Source: Dicyema japonicum | Taxonomy: Eukaryota; Animalia; Dicyemida | Reading direction: 5' to 3' | Assembly: GCA_011109175.1 (NCBI GenBank) | Contig: RDEW01000040.1 | Span: 186,001 to 250,000, forward strand | DNA: 64,000 bases | In this document: positions 22,672 to 37,004 of the stretch, in pieces | Layout of the letters: each line of letters begins with the position of its first letter | How positions within the stretch are numbered: the first letter of the stretch is position 1 | Notes under the pieces: generated by a model | Database searches by the model: none | What the model was told of the DNA's origin: nothing | The model's input: only the letters and a program-made list of their open reading frames with translations | Translations under genes and position numbers: made by a program

Positions 22672-25600
22672 ATGTCTGATTTTACGAAATCTGAAACTTC
22701 ATTTTCATTCAAATTGGTTAAAGACGATGATGAAAGCATAAATGGCACGTATAAAAGATTATACAGTAAAAATGTTGATTTTTATCGGGAAGAAAATGTT
22801 TGAAATAAAAAATAATATTAGGCTGAGCTAAAACAGCTTTTTTCCAACCTACCTGCGTTCTCGTTGTCGGCAAGCCTGGAAGTGGAAAAACAACTCTAGC
22901 TAATAAATTGGCAAGTGAATGGAATCTAGAATTGATAAATAGTATTTTTAAATTTATATTTCAAAGCAACTCAATTGATTACAGAACAAATTGAATTAGA
23001 AAATGAAATTGGCAAGACCATAAACGAGATTTTGGTAAAAGGTGACCAAATCCATCCAGAAATGGTCGTTCATTTACTGAAAAATAAACTAAAATCGCCC
23101 CAAGTTAACAATCTAGGTATTCTATTTTTATTTTTAATCCCCTTTCTTTACTCTTATGTTAGGATATGTTTTGGATGACTTTCCAAATCTTGATGACAGC
23201 TTTTTGTCAATTTTTGAACAATTTGAAATTCTCAAAAACTTGGAACTCAGTCCAACATATATTAATCAGCATTAAAGCATATTTTACAATGACTCTTAGA
23301 TTTCTGATGAAGATCTTCTTGTACGACGAAAAACCAACGTGTGGATTCAGTATCAGGGATCATCTATACGGACGAATTTTTTAATCCAAGAGCAGCTATT
23401 GTCCATATTATAGTGAAATTTAGGTCGAAGAACCTCAGGTTGAGAATAACGAGGAAGAAGAGGTAAATAATAACTAATTTAATAGAATTTTGAAGAAAAT
23501 GAAGAAGAACAAGAACAAGAGAATGAAAGCCTTGAAGATATTCTTCCTCGCACAGTGGTTCGACCAGAAGACTTTTGTTACCACGTGGTTCAAAAAATTC
23601 AAAAATATAACACAAATATTTTGCCTTTGTTGGAGGTAAAGACCTAATTTATTATCCTAAAGAATTATATTGGAGACACTCCTCAACAAAACTTTATTGA
23701 AGTCGACGGAAATAGAAGCATTAGTGAGTTACTCAAAGTTTTCAAATCTTTTAAAAATAGAATATTTATATTTGGTTTGAACACATAGGTGCATGTAAGG
23801 GATTTTCCCCGATTCAACTATTCAATGAGGACTCGGAAATCCCTACGATTGAAGATAGTGATGAAATATTTAGGACTCTAGCTGGTTTTATGTCATAACA
23901 AAATATTAGGAAAGTCAAGTATAAGTGCCAGATTTCCTTGGCGAAGAAGTCATTTTGGACTGTTCTGTCCAGTCTCTCTGTTGAAAGGGAATTTATTTAA
24001 AGGAAGTATCGAAAACGCAATCGCGTAGTTTTGAATAATGTATTTAGATATATGGGAAAGCTATATTTGCTTAATGATAAAGAATCTATGAGAGAATTTT
24101 TTATTAATCCTAGAAAATATCTGTTGCCCACTTGTTTAAAGATTCCTTGTAAATTTTGGATTACAGGTTCGCCATGCTCTGGCAAGACTACAATCTGTAA
24201 TCTTTTGGCAGAGAAGTATGATGCCAATGTAACTATTTTGTGAACCAAATAGGTAATTAATATGAAAGAAATTATTAAAAATGAAAAAAATAAGAAAAAA
24301 GAACAAGAAATTGAGGGGAAAAGAATTTCAATAACAGAAAAGTTATCAGCGAGTCTCCAGAAATCGTTAAGTTATACTCTGGAGAGCATAATAGCTAAAT
24401 TGATATGTCATAGTTATATTTATTTCAGTAAATAATGAAAGAAATAAAGAAGTTAACTCTGCTGACAAAGTCGAAGAAGGTCTCTTTATGTGATATTTTA
24501 TTAGAACAGAGAGACCAAGAGGAATACCAAGTGGAACAAAGTGACCATGAAGAAGAACAGGAGGAACAAGATTTAGGTTATTTCTTTATTTAAGATTTCA
24601 GAAACTGAAGAAAATATTCCACAGGAAATTGAAGGTATAATTTATAAGCAAAGTTAGAAAATACGATTGAGGAAATCATGCTTAAAGAACTTCTCGGAAT
24701 TGACACATTTACGGATGATTTAATTGGGACCTCTCTGCCTGAAATCCTGAAGATTTTTCATTTCTACAAAAGGAAATTGATAGCGAAATAGAACAGCTGA
24801 GGAATGTTGAAATTAATTTGGAACCTGATTTATTGTTGGAATTGTTGATAGAGGAAATTACAAAGTCGAAAGAAGAAAGAATAAAGAAAAATCCTTTAAA
24901 TAATTGGTTAATTTGAACTTATTTTAGTGAGGGAAAATGGATTATTGACGATTTTCCATTAAGTGAAGCAATTGTCGGCTCAATGGGAGAAAGAGGATTC
25001 ACCCCAGATGAAATAATTTCTTTAGTAAACAAGGATGAACGCTATGAGTTTTTACGTAAAGATTGTGAAATATCGGAACAAGCAGTTTAATTTTTATTTA
25101 ATTTCAATGATCAATGAGAAAATCGAACAGTACAGGAAAGAGAGCGAAAGTTTTGATAAAATGTGGCAACGGTGTTATCCCCAAATTATGGGGGTTTCTT
25201 CTGTCCACCCGCTAGCTATAAATGTGGATAACAAAAAAATTGAAGAAATTATTGAAGAAATAATAACCTTTTCTGAAAGTATCTTGTGAAACATTAGTTT
25301 AGGATATTTTAAACATTCCTCATGGATTTACACTGCAAGGGAGATGGAAGATGAGGCTTCTGAAGACGAAGAACTTGACGTTTCCGAATTTAATTATTAC
25401 GTAGGAGGAAGAAATGGAAGTAAAGAACAGCAATATGAGGCAATATGGAGAACTCAAAAATTTTTGTCCAATAGTTTATAAGGATAATATGGTTTTATGC
25501 CCCGGAAATCCTGAAATCCCAGCGAAATACAGGGATAAAATTTATTATTTCTCGTCAGAAGAAGCACGTGAAACTTTTATGTTTAATCCTGAATATTACA

Positions 25601-28600
25601 TGCCTTTTGATAAGCCTTTTCAGGTTTTTTTAAATTTGACGAAAAGGCTCCCCCACTACGAGTATGCATTTTGGGTGCTCATGGAAGTGGTAAGACTGCT
25701 GTTGGAAAGTATATTGCAAAAAAACACAATTTATTTTTTATTTCTTTTCGTGATCGACTTCAAGAAATGATAATTGGGAAAACTCGACGAATCGTTGGAG
25801 AACCATACTTTGAGCCACCTGAAGAAACCGACGAGGGGTGAATATCAAATGTAATACTTAGATCCAATTATGTAACCAAGGACAATAAACTTGTTCATAA
25901 AAAGACGCTCTTGTTTGACTTTGATTGAATTTTAGCTTACAAGAACTTGATATGAAATTTCAAAATAAAGAATATGATATTTATAAAGATAATATCTCAG
26001 ATTTGATAGAAGCTTATGATTCTCAAGAGAATGAAATGAATGATGTATCACTTTTTTTAATCCAAGAATATCAACAAACCAGACTTTACAGAAGCTGAAG
26101 AGGCGATAGTGGCTTATTTAGAAAATGGAACTCCAATGTCAAATGAAATACTCGAAGATATTTTGGCTGAATGGTGGACTAAGGAACCTTTTCGGTAGAT
26201 ATTTTTCGGTAACAAAGAAATGCTGGATTCGTGCTTGAAGGGTTTCCTCACACATTGGAAGACGCAAAATTCCTTTTGGAGAATAAATACTTTCCTGACT
26301 TTTTTTTAGTACTGAATGTCGATCAACCAGTGACCCTAAAGAGACAACTACATTTGAGAGTGAATAACTGGAAAGAAAGGGACAATATTTTTAAGAGCAG
26401 AATTGCAGCAAAAATGGAGATGAAAGTCCTAGAAAGAGTAAGTTATTTTAAATAATAGACTTTAAAAGTCAATCAAAGACGTCTTATTTTGATAAATGAA
26501 AAGCATGAAAGGGAGCTTGAAGAAAAGGTTTAAAATTTTCTGTAAACGTCAAGGAAAGCGAACTCAGTGAAAAGGAGGAAGAAACCGTCAGTTTGGAAGA
26601 AGAATCATTTAGTGAAGGAATCAACGAAATTGAGCAACAACTAATGGATGAATTTGATCAAGTTTAATAGTTTTACTTATCCAGGTTGAGCAAGAACCAG
26701 AGACGGAAAATATTGAAGATGCCATTGAAAGAATTGAAAATGAATATGCCGAAGTTTATGACAATGATGTAAATAGTTTGGCAAATGTTCTGGTAAATCT
26801 AATAAATATATGATTAAGGACATTGCTAATGAATTCTTACTTCCAAAGATAGAAATAGACTCTAACAAAAGAACGGATGTTGTCTTTTACTTAACAGACC
26901 GTGCTTTGGAACCCTATTGCAACCCAAGAAACATTTTTGAAAGAGTTTATGAAATCAACAGAACACTCGCCAGGGATCTTTTGGACAGTGGCTACAAATT
27001 TTACAGTCATTTCAAAACCTGGTGTCCTGTTGAGGTTTGTTAAAATTTATTTTTCAGATTTTCGATAATAATCGTATAAAACAATCTGTTCGATATGACA
27101 ATAGTATTTCCGTGATATACAGAAGTCACATTTATTATATTTCAAACGAGACTGCTTTAAAAAGATTCAGGAATGATCCTCGAAAATACATAAATATGAT
27201 TTCCTCTGAGACTATAATTCCCTTTAAAATAGCAATATTCGGTCCTCCAATGAGTGGAAAAACTACTAGTAAATCAATTTAAATAAAATTTAAGTTGTCA
27301 AAAAATTATGTCAACATTTTGGATTAGTTAGAGTGTCTCCAAGTGAAGCACTCAATTATATTTTAAAGTACCAGTCTTACACTGAACTGTCTATTAAAAT
27401 TGATAAAATATTGAGAACGGGGGATGTGGTGCCTGATTATTTAGTTTGTGACGCTATTAAAATATTTATACTGACTGCAGAAGCCAAATTAAATGGGTAT
27501 GATAATCTTATTCTAAATCATTTAGTTTCGTTTTTGATGGATATCCAGTTACCAGAGACCAGCATGATTTGTTGGAAAAAAACGGAATACGCTTTGGATG
27601 TGTGATCAATCTAAATGTTAGCAGAAACAAGTTAATGTATCGGGGGCTTTTGTCCAGATATTCAAGTGACAGGTTTGCTTATGCTGTTGAGTCTTCAGGA
27701 AAGATCCACTCCACGATAGTGCGTTAAGTCTATCTCTGAGATTGGACAAGTGGAATGAGGGTAATGAAGAAGTATATCAATTATATGAGGGACAATACGC
27801 AAATTTGATTAATATTAATGGGCAAAGTCCAAGTGGTGGGTTTGGGAAAATGTGAGAAAGACAATTCTTGAAAAAATGACAAATATCAATAATTATTATG
27901 AAAATATCAATAAGGGTGATATTTTAAATTATTCAGGCATGGCTGCTCCGCTTTTAGATTTAGCCATAACTCCTCGGGAATTTTCAGAGAGACTAACACA
28001 TCTAAAGGAGTTTTGTCCCGTCAGTTTAATAGAATACGAAGAATTGGTGGATTGTAATGAATTTCACAACCTCACATATGCTGCAGAGTTTAAAGGTTAG
28101 TTTTTTTATTATTTATAGGGCGGTATTACAAAATGTGCTGTTCTCGTTGTCTATCACTGTTTTTAAAAAACCCCGACAAGTACATTAAATTGGCAAATCT
28201 TCCTGAAGATGACTATATTCCCAAAAAGATTGATTCTTTTAAGTATAACCTTGAATTTTCCGAGAGATTACATGTTTGGCGGATACTGCGTAGTCACATT
28301 TCTTCAAAAAGAGCAGCAGTACACATTTTACAAGAGTTTAGATACGAGGCATTAGTGGAGGGGTCAGAGAGTATTTGCTGTAAATACCGAGGAAATTATT
28401 TATGTTTTGCCTCTGAGGATTTAAGGAATGAATTTATTAAGTTATTTTTTGTTTATTGAATTTAGAAAACCTGAAAAATTTTATTCACTTAAGCTGCCTT
28501 ATAAATTACCCCCACGGAAGGTTTCCATTGATTATAATCAACTTCCAATATTGGGTTATCTCGAACAGCGTCTTGCTACAAATCCTCATCAAGGCTATTA

Positions 28601-28909
28601 CCTTTCTATGTAAGAAAAAACCAAAATATCCATTTCTCTCTCCTAAAAAGTCTGCTCTTGTTTTGTTGGCAATATTATTTGAAAGTAGCTTAGTTTGTAT
28701 ATTTTAGCTCATAATATCAAATCCCTAATTATTTGAAGGAAAAGTATGATAAAAAGTTGGAGGAATTTGAAGAATGTTGTGAATTGATACATATTTGGGA
28801 TAATATGAATTTTCGTGCCTTTGAACCTGAATATCGACCCGAAGGATTTGATAAAAAATATGAAGCGTTTTTCAGTATTAAGGACAATAAAATTAGTTTA
28901 TCTAATTAA
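22672..28909 (+). CDS. AK9: Adenylate kinase 9 (multi-domain AK/YHS ciliary kinase), dozens of mini-introns
   Basis: P-loops GKPGSGKTT, GSPCSGKTT, GAHGSGKT, GPPMSGKTT interleaved with FCPV..KYY..F..NP repeats; C-terminal GYLEQ..KPKYPFLS..SAL matches recalled human AK9; example introns 22952-22976 and 23117-23162. Confidence 0.95.
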
Positions 28910-28942
28910 TTTGATTTACTAACCATTTTAAAACAAATTAAT

Positions 28943-31900
28943 TTACTTAATAACGAATAAATTAACTAATTAATTAATTAAGCGTATTTTGATCCAGATT
29001 GTTGGTAATCATTCTTCTTCTCTTAGAAGAAGAGTGTGCCATAACCTCCCTGTTACTCCGCATCTCCACATCATATTCAGTCAAAATATCTCCGTTAGAG
29101 TCCAGTGGGCTGTCTTCACGGCATGCCAGTTCCACAAGTAGGGAGGTAGCAGAGGCGTACTCTTCATCGTATACCTTCATCCCATGCTTATGTTCAATGA
29201 GCATACTTTCGAGCGTTCTCTTCAGTACAACCGATTGGATGTAAGTCCTCGTTGATTCTTCAATAGATAATTTATCCATATGATTCTTGAAGCATCTTGA
29301 GACAACTCCATCCCATGTCAAAACCACTGGAATAATCTTCACTTGGCATTCATAGAGCAGCGAAAGTTCATTTGCTAGCAAGTCATATTTGTGAAGTTTC
29401 TCAACTTCAACTTGCTTTAGTCGGTCTTGTGAGGTAATCCCCACTTCAATTAACGTTACTTCCTTCTTTATTTTGTCATACACGAAAATATCAGGTTTAT
29501 TGTATTGGACTTTTGTTTCTGTCAAAATCGACGAGTCAACTCTAATTTCGACATTTTGATTCGTCAATATTGACTGAACCGAATGTCCTTTCAATTTCCT
29601 GCTTCTTTTGATTCCATAAATTCGACAAAGATGAAGATGGATGCACTTTACCACTTCATTATGTCTTCGGAGATAATCACTATTTAGCATTTTTCCACAC
29701 TGAGTGGCCAAATGATCAACAGTTTTCTTGCTTTTTTTACAATGGTTGCATAATGACCCCGTGTGTGCAAAAAACAAATTCCTATCTTGCAAAAGACAGT
29801 ACAATGCTTCGCTCCGTGGGCCGTTATTTCCTTTGGATAACCATTCTGAGGAAGTATATAGGTCGACATTTGTTTCATCAATACATTTGAACATAATTGA
29901 GTGTAGTGTTCTGCAATAAATTTTATTTAATAAATATTTTTTCTGAGTGTCCTTGAGGGACTTAATATCCATGCTTTCCCTGTCGGCAATTGCATATTTA
30001 GAGGCAAGAAATCCTGCGATTGTAGCCAAGTGCCATTTTTTTGTTTTTATTACTCGCAGAATCCCCGACCTTCGCAAACACACAGTCGACTGTTTTTCCA
30101 AACTTTTAAATACTGGAAAAGTATTAATTCGTTCTTTAATGAAATCGAGGAAAGTTTTCTTCCAAAAGTCTTCCTGTACAAATACAGCCACTGTGTATTT
30201 GCAGGTTTGAGGTGCAACTTGAGTGACGTAAGCAGTTGCCGTATTTGTTGGTCAATATCATCAAATTCGTAAGGTTCAATATTAATTAATCCTATACAAT
30301 AGTTATATAGGAGACATTGCGTATTCATTTATTGCACGAAATAAGTTCACAGAATTTAACTTTGTTTTTGAAAGCATGGTTATTCTCTTAACATTTTCAA
30401 GTATGGACTCCATAACTTTGCTTTTAAGAACATTACTTCCCTCATCTTCAAAAACACCCAAATATCGATATCCACTGACTCCTTCCAGAGTCTCACAACA
30501 TGATAACGATTTAACATTAGAAAGTGACTTTTCCGAATTCATCTCCAAGCCGGCAACATGAAAGAAATCGCGAACAACTTCCATCATTTTAATAACAGTA
30601 TCTTCTTTTAGCCCAAATATCTTTAGGTCATCAATGAATAACAAATGATTTGTAGAATAAGTCAGTGTATTAGGATCCTCCTGATTAATTTGGAGTCTTG
30701 GGAACATAAAGTTAAGGGTCCTGCTCAAGGGTTCCATTACCATAACAAATAGTTGAGGGGATAATGAATCTCCTTGCAAAATTCCCCGTCCCAGTTTTAC
30801 AGAACCAATTCTTCTTCCATCTAAGTGGAGATTTACAGTCCACTTCTTGACTATGGTCTTTACAAAGTTTACAATCCAACGGGGTATTCCTGAGCAGTCC
30901 AATACATGAAATAAAAATTCATGGTCAACAGAATCAAAGGCCTTCTTCACATCCACCCAAGCAGAATAAAGGGCGTTTCCATACTCCTTATTTAAGCATT
31001 GATTAATAAGGGCCTGTTCCTTAGCGCCCTGACAATGTTTCCTCGTTCCCAGCTGATTGTCAGATAATAGCCCAAACGAATCCACAAAATCTGAGAGTTT
31101 GGAATTAACACATTTGGTAATAAGTTTATATAAAGTTGGCATACACGTGATAGGACGTAAGTCATTAGGAGTCTCACAATCATCCTTTTTAGGAATTAAA
31201 TAGGTTATTCCAGTATAAAACCAACTTTCAGGCATATATTCCCCATTAATAATTCGGTTAATCTCAGTACATAAAAAGCCATGTAAAGATTCCATTTTCT
31301 TAATAAAGAAGTTATATGAGCCATCGCATCCACACGCCTTCCAATCAGGGAGCCATTTAATAACATCCAGGATAAACTCATTTGTGAACTCTGGCAACAT
31401 GCCTTCAATACCAGTATTTACTTTACCCACACTGTCATATGGCACGTTCATCTCTTTTCTTTTAGACCACACTTTTTCCCAAAACGACATACAATCCTCA
31501 TCATCGAAACCATATAACGTTACTTCATTGCTTGCTGATAGGTTCCGATAAAATCTTCTTCGATTTAATTCAAAACAACAGTTGTCCTTGCGAAAGTCCT
31601 TCCTCGAATGATGTACAGCTATTTGCTTTTTTTAATTCTGACAAGGTCACATAGTAGAGCCTCAATCCTGGCAACCTCCCCTTTTTGGCCCTTTTGTATC
31701 CATAGGCACAAAGAACATCCATAACCTTTTGTTTTTCATACACAGGGAGAGCTTGTCTGGAAAAGCTATTGACAAGTTCTAGTTCTGCCATCAGCTTTGA
31801 GATTTTCTTTTCAGTGTTCTCCAACCACGTACTTTGCGGTTTAACCTTCGCAGTTAAAGTCATATAAGCACACTGTGCAGCATATAGAATATCAGTAATT

Positions 31901-32541
31901 TGATTGATATCTTGAGGCGGATTATCTTTCGTAATATAATATATTGCAGAATTTAGTCCCGACAAAACATTAACTCTGACATACTTTCTCTGAATTTTGG
32001 GTGTTGGTTTTCGAGTATCCCTCGGAATTGACTTAATTTTCTCAATTTGTACTTTTAGTTCCTCAAGGCAATTTCTGAAGGTGGAAATTTCCACATTAGT
32101 ATTATTTTGCACTTTGAAACATTCGCCTCCTTTTACATTGTTATTCCGATTTTCAGGTTTCAGCATCTTTTTTAGTTGACATAGACTGGAACTCTTGGAG
32201 TACTTTTCATTGAACTTTTTGAGTACGAGGTTCCAGCCACCTCTAGGTATCCTTCCAAATCTTTGTTTCGTGGCAAGAAAAATCTGAGATACCCACTCAG
32301 CTTCAGAGACACAGTCGACCTCTTCAATAATGGCAGATAATGAATGCAAGTTGGTTTTGGCACCAATATTCCCAGCGATGTTGATATTAGTTCTTGTGAC
32401 ATTATCCAGCCCCACAGACGACGGTCCTGCTTCTACTAAACTATCTTCTTTATTTGATTTTGCAGGAAGGCCCATAGGATTCGATTTCTCGGTATGATTA
32501 GAAACGGACATGTCAACACCACAACAACTACACGTTTTTTT
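28943..32541 (-). mobile_element. Full-length R4/Dong-like REL retrotransposon, second subfamily (3599 bp), with a few frameshifts
   Basis: 12-bp TSD AAACAAATTAAT at 28931-28942 and 32542-32553; ORF pieces 31570-32547, 30303-31490, 30050-30328 and 28974-30191 are colinear with the 10171 protein. Confidence 0.95.
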
Positions 32542-32689
32542 AAACAAATTAATATTAAAGTAATTTTAAAATAATTTATTTTATTGACTATCTCAATTTA
32601 ACTATCATATTTTCTGTCCGTATAAATATGACAGATTTTTTAAGGATTCTCGAAAAATTAGTATTTGAATGGAAGCTGTTCGCGAGTTC

Positions 32690-33310
32690 TTTATGTTGCC
32701 GGCTTGTGATGAATTCGGAAAAATCAGCATCTAATGTTAAATCGTTATCATGTTGTGAGGCTCTGGAAGGGTCAATGATATCGATATTTGGGAGTTTGTG
32801 AAGACGGGAGAAGTAATGTTCTCAAGAATAAAGTTATGGATTCCATCTTGAAAATGTTAAGAAGACTACCATGCTTCCACAAACTAAGTTAAATTCTTAA
32901 CTCTCTCCTATATAACTATTATATTGGACTAATTAATATTAACCTTAGGAATTTGATTATACTGATCGTCAAATACGGCAACTGCTTACAACCCTCAGGT
33001 TACACCTAAAACCTGCAAATAGAGAGAGGTTATACTTAAACAGAAATACTGTTTGGAGAAGATTACTTCAGTCACTCCAAAAATGAACTGACGATCTTCA
33101 AGTTCCATAAAAATCTGAAAAAATAGACGGCTATATGTTTTCGAAGTCGGGAATTTTGCGAGTTTGACTACAATCTCAGGATTTCTTGTCTCTAAATGTG
33201 GAATTGTCGACAAGGACAAAATGGATATTCAGTCCCTCAAGACCACCCACAATATTTGCTTGATAAAATTAATCGTAAATAATTATATTCTGTGCTCTTC
33301 AGATGCATAT
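32690..33310 (+). mobile_element. Degenerate internal fragment of the second R4-like subfamily, inverted relative to the adjacent copy
   Basis: Nucleotide similarity to the reverse complement of about 29940-30560 (YRYLG..SNVLK..LKPAN.ERLYL). Confidence 0.85.
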
Positions 33311-33719
33311 GGGTATTACATCTCAGGAACTCCTAAAACAGGTGGAAGTAAAAAATGTCACAATAACTACCTCCTCGCAAGCGATTTTTACGCTTATCTA
33401 AGATTGTCAAGTAAAGATTATCCCACTAGTTGTGACCTAAAGTGGAGTCGTCTCGAAATGCTTCCCTCCCAGGATGGCGATTAGCCAGCAGCACTCACGA
33501 GGGTCATAATAATTCATTCTATATTATATAATTTTCATATACACTTACAATTTCTTTAATTTTAGAAGCGAAAATAAAAAAATGCGGGACTGCACTAACC
33601 TTATCACTTGATCAACCATTTTCTGGATCTGAAAGGCTTCATTCACATGTTATAAAGAAATTGATGAAGGAGATCTAACTATTCGGACTGTGTGCACTGA
33701 TTTTACTCCTATTAATTGC

Positions 33720-35170
33720 TCTTCTATAGGCAAAACACCTTCCTATGTCAAACGATATTTATGTCCGATCCTTTTGAGACGACTTTCTTCCACTAATCTA
33801 CGTGATGTCTACGATTAGTAGTGGGGGAGTTGATATACCTAAGCGATTTTTTTTCTGCCAATCTAACTGCGTTTGGAAGAAGACGGTAGAATTTTTCCAT
33901 TTGCAGTTAGAACGTTTTCCACCGCCTTTCTGGAAAGATTGCTCGTTTCGGCCAACTTGCGTCTATTATAGCTTGATGTGGGAGTCAGAGGAAGTGGGGG
34001 CCCATTGGTTAGAAGTTGACCAGGCTAGCTGAGGATAGGGCTCTTTTCAAATTGGATCTTCGCAACGCATTCAATTCAGTCAGAAGGAATGTCATCCTTG
34101 TTGAAAAGAACCCCAAAAATATACCAATTTGTCCACCAATCGTATGTGATTCCTACCCACTCGTTTTCAAAGATAGAATAATTCCTTCTGAGACGGGAGT
34201 ACAGCAGGGTAACCCATTTAGTCCTCTTCTTTTCTTTTTAGTGATCGATCGTTTCTACTCCTCCAATTAATTGTAACTGGACGATTGCATTTTGGGAGGG
34301 AGCCATGAAGACTTCATTTCAAAAGTAACCTCGATTTCTGAGAATTGTTGGAGGATTGGTTTTGAGGTTAACTCAAGAAATGTGAAATGATCAACATGAG
34401 CGCGGAATCATTTGCCTTCTAAATCGAATAGGAAAGTTCTTAAGCGATAAAAAGACGCTTCTGGGCAAGTTCGCTGACAGATTATCTCCTGGAGAAACAT
34501 GTTGGACCTTTATGCTTAAAACTGTCTCCTGATTTCCAAATTTTTCAACTTCCGAAGTTCCCTTTGCTATGGTGAAGAGGATCTCCCATTTCTTTTTGAT
34601 AATGAAATTAAGTTTAACCCTCCAAGCGATTTTAAACATAGATTTTGATGACTATGGATGACTTCAACCAACTTTGCCTGCTTGTTTAAGAGGATTTGGA
34701 ATTACCGTACCTTCGGATTCCGCATAAAGTGCATATTTGTTTTCGAATAATTTGATAAATACGATCCTCAAATTATTATTCCGACTGAATGTATCTATGA
34801 CACCACCGGGAGCCGTTAGCAAAAGGGACGGGATGACAACATTCCCTTTTGCTAACGGCCGGATCCTGGTTTTGGAAGCTGCATTTGTTGATACGTACTC
34901 TCCAAAGAATTTGTCCGATTTAGCCTTGGAACCAGATCATGTCTTAACAGCCGAGGATCATAAGAGAAGGAAGAATCTCGGAGGATCACTTGTTTGTCTC
35001 ATTTGCTGTTGAAACGTCAAAAGTCCTTGGCCCACAAGTGGACGATCTAGTCCGCAAGATCGGCTCAATGATCCAAAGGGGCACCAAGGATCTACGTGAG
35101 GCTGGATGACTTTGAGAGCGTATCTCGATAACCATTGTAAGAGAAACAGCATGGTAATTCAAATTAATTA
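33720..35170 (+). mobile_element. CRE-clade retrotransposon (RT to REL), degenerate and internally deleted
   Basis: KLDLRNAFNSVRR, SETGVQQGNPFSPLLF, DDCILGG, KRDGMTTFPFANGRILV..FAVET. Confidence 0.82.
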
Positions 35171-35809
35171 TTTATTGAAAAGTAAGCTAAACAAATTGAA
35201 AGCTTGTGAGGTGATAAGTTAAATTAAGTCTGATATTGAAACGTTGTCTAAAAGTCATCAGTTCTAAAGATCACATAATATTTCATGATTTTTGTATTTT
35301 TAACGAAATGAAATTATTCCAAAGCCAAGAATAAAACTAAAACCAACTATATCATTATTGCGTTCCAATAGAGTCCTTATCCAAGCACAGTCATCCAGAG
35401 GAAATTATTCGGTAAGTCGAAGTAAATAATAGTCTCCAGGAACGAAATAGTCTCCAATTGAAAATAAAAGAGGCGAATCCCTTTGAATGCTGGGCAGATA
35501 TTGGGCGCCTTTATAAGGTGGATCTGATGATACTGCAGAAGACAAAAAACAAATCACTTTCGCGATAATACATATAGATCTGTACAGGACACAGACTTTA
35601 TTAAGGTAAATACTAATCGTAGGAGAGAGACAGAGGAATAATCCAAGAAATAAAGTCAATCACCGCTCCATACTTACAGGCTACACAATAGATTACAAGA
35701 CCGAGACAGGGTCTCTGATGAAACTTATAAATAGGCAACATAAGTCAATTTCAATTCAGAGTTAGACTTTAGTCTAAAAATAGTGATTAATTAAAAAAAT
35801 TGCTCCGGT

Positions 35810-36770
35810 AAATTACCGCCCATTCGTGCTTCCGGGAAATTTGTCAAGATGACTGCACCGAAGGACGAAATGCGGACGCGGCACTTCGTCGTTTGCGGCA
35901 AGTAGCAGTGGAGGTATCAATGGCTTGAGACCGGGTCACATCAAGGATCTTACGCGGAGGCTACTGCAGAAGCTGGCTGCAACTTAGTAAAATCAATTAC
36001 AAAACTGGTTATGCGTATTTGAACGGAGATTATTCCTCCCCACGCAAGGGAGCTTCTTTTTCAGTGCACATCTACTGGCCTTCAAAAAACCTGAAGGTGG
36101 GGTCCGCCCCATTGCGTTGACAACTATTTCAGAAGACTGACAGCGAAAATCTCATGCAGCATTGTTTGTCCGAGAATATCTGAAGAATTTCCCCCTCCAA
36201 CTGGGGGTTGGTGTAATGAACGGATGGGGACAAGATTATCTGTTCGGAGACCGGAATTAAACAAGGGGACCCATTTGGTGTACTACTCTTCGCTCTGGCC
36301 ATCGGAAATTGTCCTTTCTATGAACACACAACTAAACCTCTGGTATCTCGATGACGCCACAATTGGAAAGTTCACGACGTTCGGACGTCACATGCCGTGC
36401 CGGCACTACGAAACCTCGGACTTGAGATAAATATAAAGAAATCGGAGATAATAAATATCACATACTCGGAGTGTGATTTTATTAACGTGGTCGAGTCTTT
36501 CAACTCGGTACTACCTGGAATTACTGTCGTACCCAGAAGACGGACATACTTTCTTGAGTGCCCACTTGACGAAAAGGAACTGCGGAGCCATCTACTGACA
36601 AAAGAGGATGAACTCTCTAGAGTCACGGAGAAACATTGAGAAAATCAGCTGAATTGCTTCTAAACATCAACTTTGATGTGCCGAGTTGGAACCAATGCAA
36701 GCTTCCTACACGCCTCGGAGGAACGGGTCTCAGGTCGGCGCTGGAGATCGCCATCGAGCATATGTGTCAT
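35810..36770 (+). mobile_element. CRE-clade RT fragment
   Basis: GGINGLRPGH, PEGGVRPIA, LNLWYLDDATIG, CKLPTRLGGTGLR. Confidence 0.8.
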
Positions 36771-37004
36771 TGCAAAAAACAATTTTTTGTGAACAATCAC
36801 AAAGAAACACAGAAGCACTCTTCACGAATAAAAATATCCACAAATAAAAAACAATTGAATATTATTCCAAATGATTTCATCAGAAATTTTCCAACAGACG
36901 TAACGGAAACATTTGTATCCGCAAACATTCCACTATATGAATCGAGAATTATCAACTTATTCGAATGTATTGAGCATCCACTTCCTTCAAACAATAACAA
37001 CTAA

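Noticed and set aside
22672-28909. Non-standard genetic code (stop-codon reassignment)
   Set aside because: The in-frame stops I examined fall in GT-AG mini-introns or follow single indels; genes end at standard TAA/TAG
3645-28960. Recurrent TAACGAA and TTAATTAA motifs as a dedicated signal
   Set aside because: Plausible by chance or tail origin in very AT-rich DNA; would need an enrichment test that I cannot run
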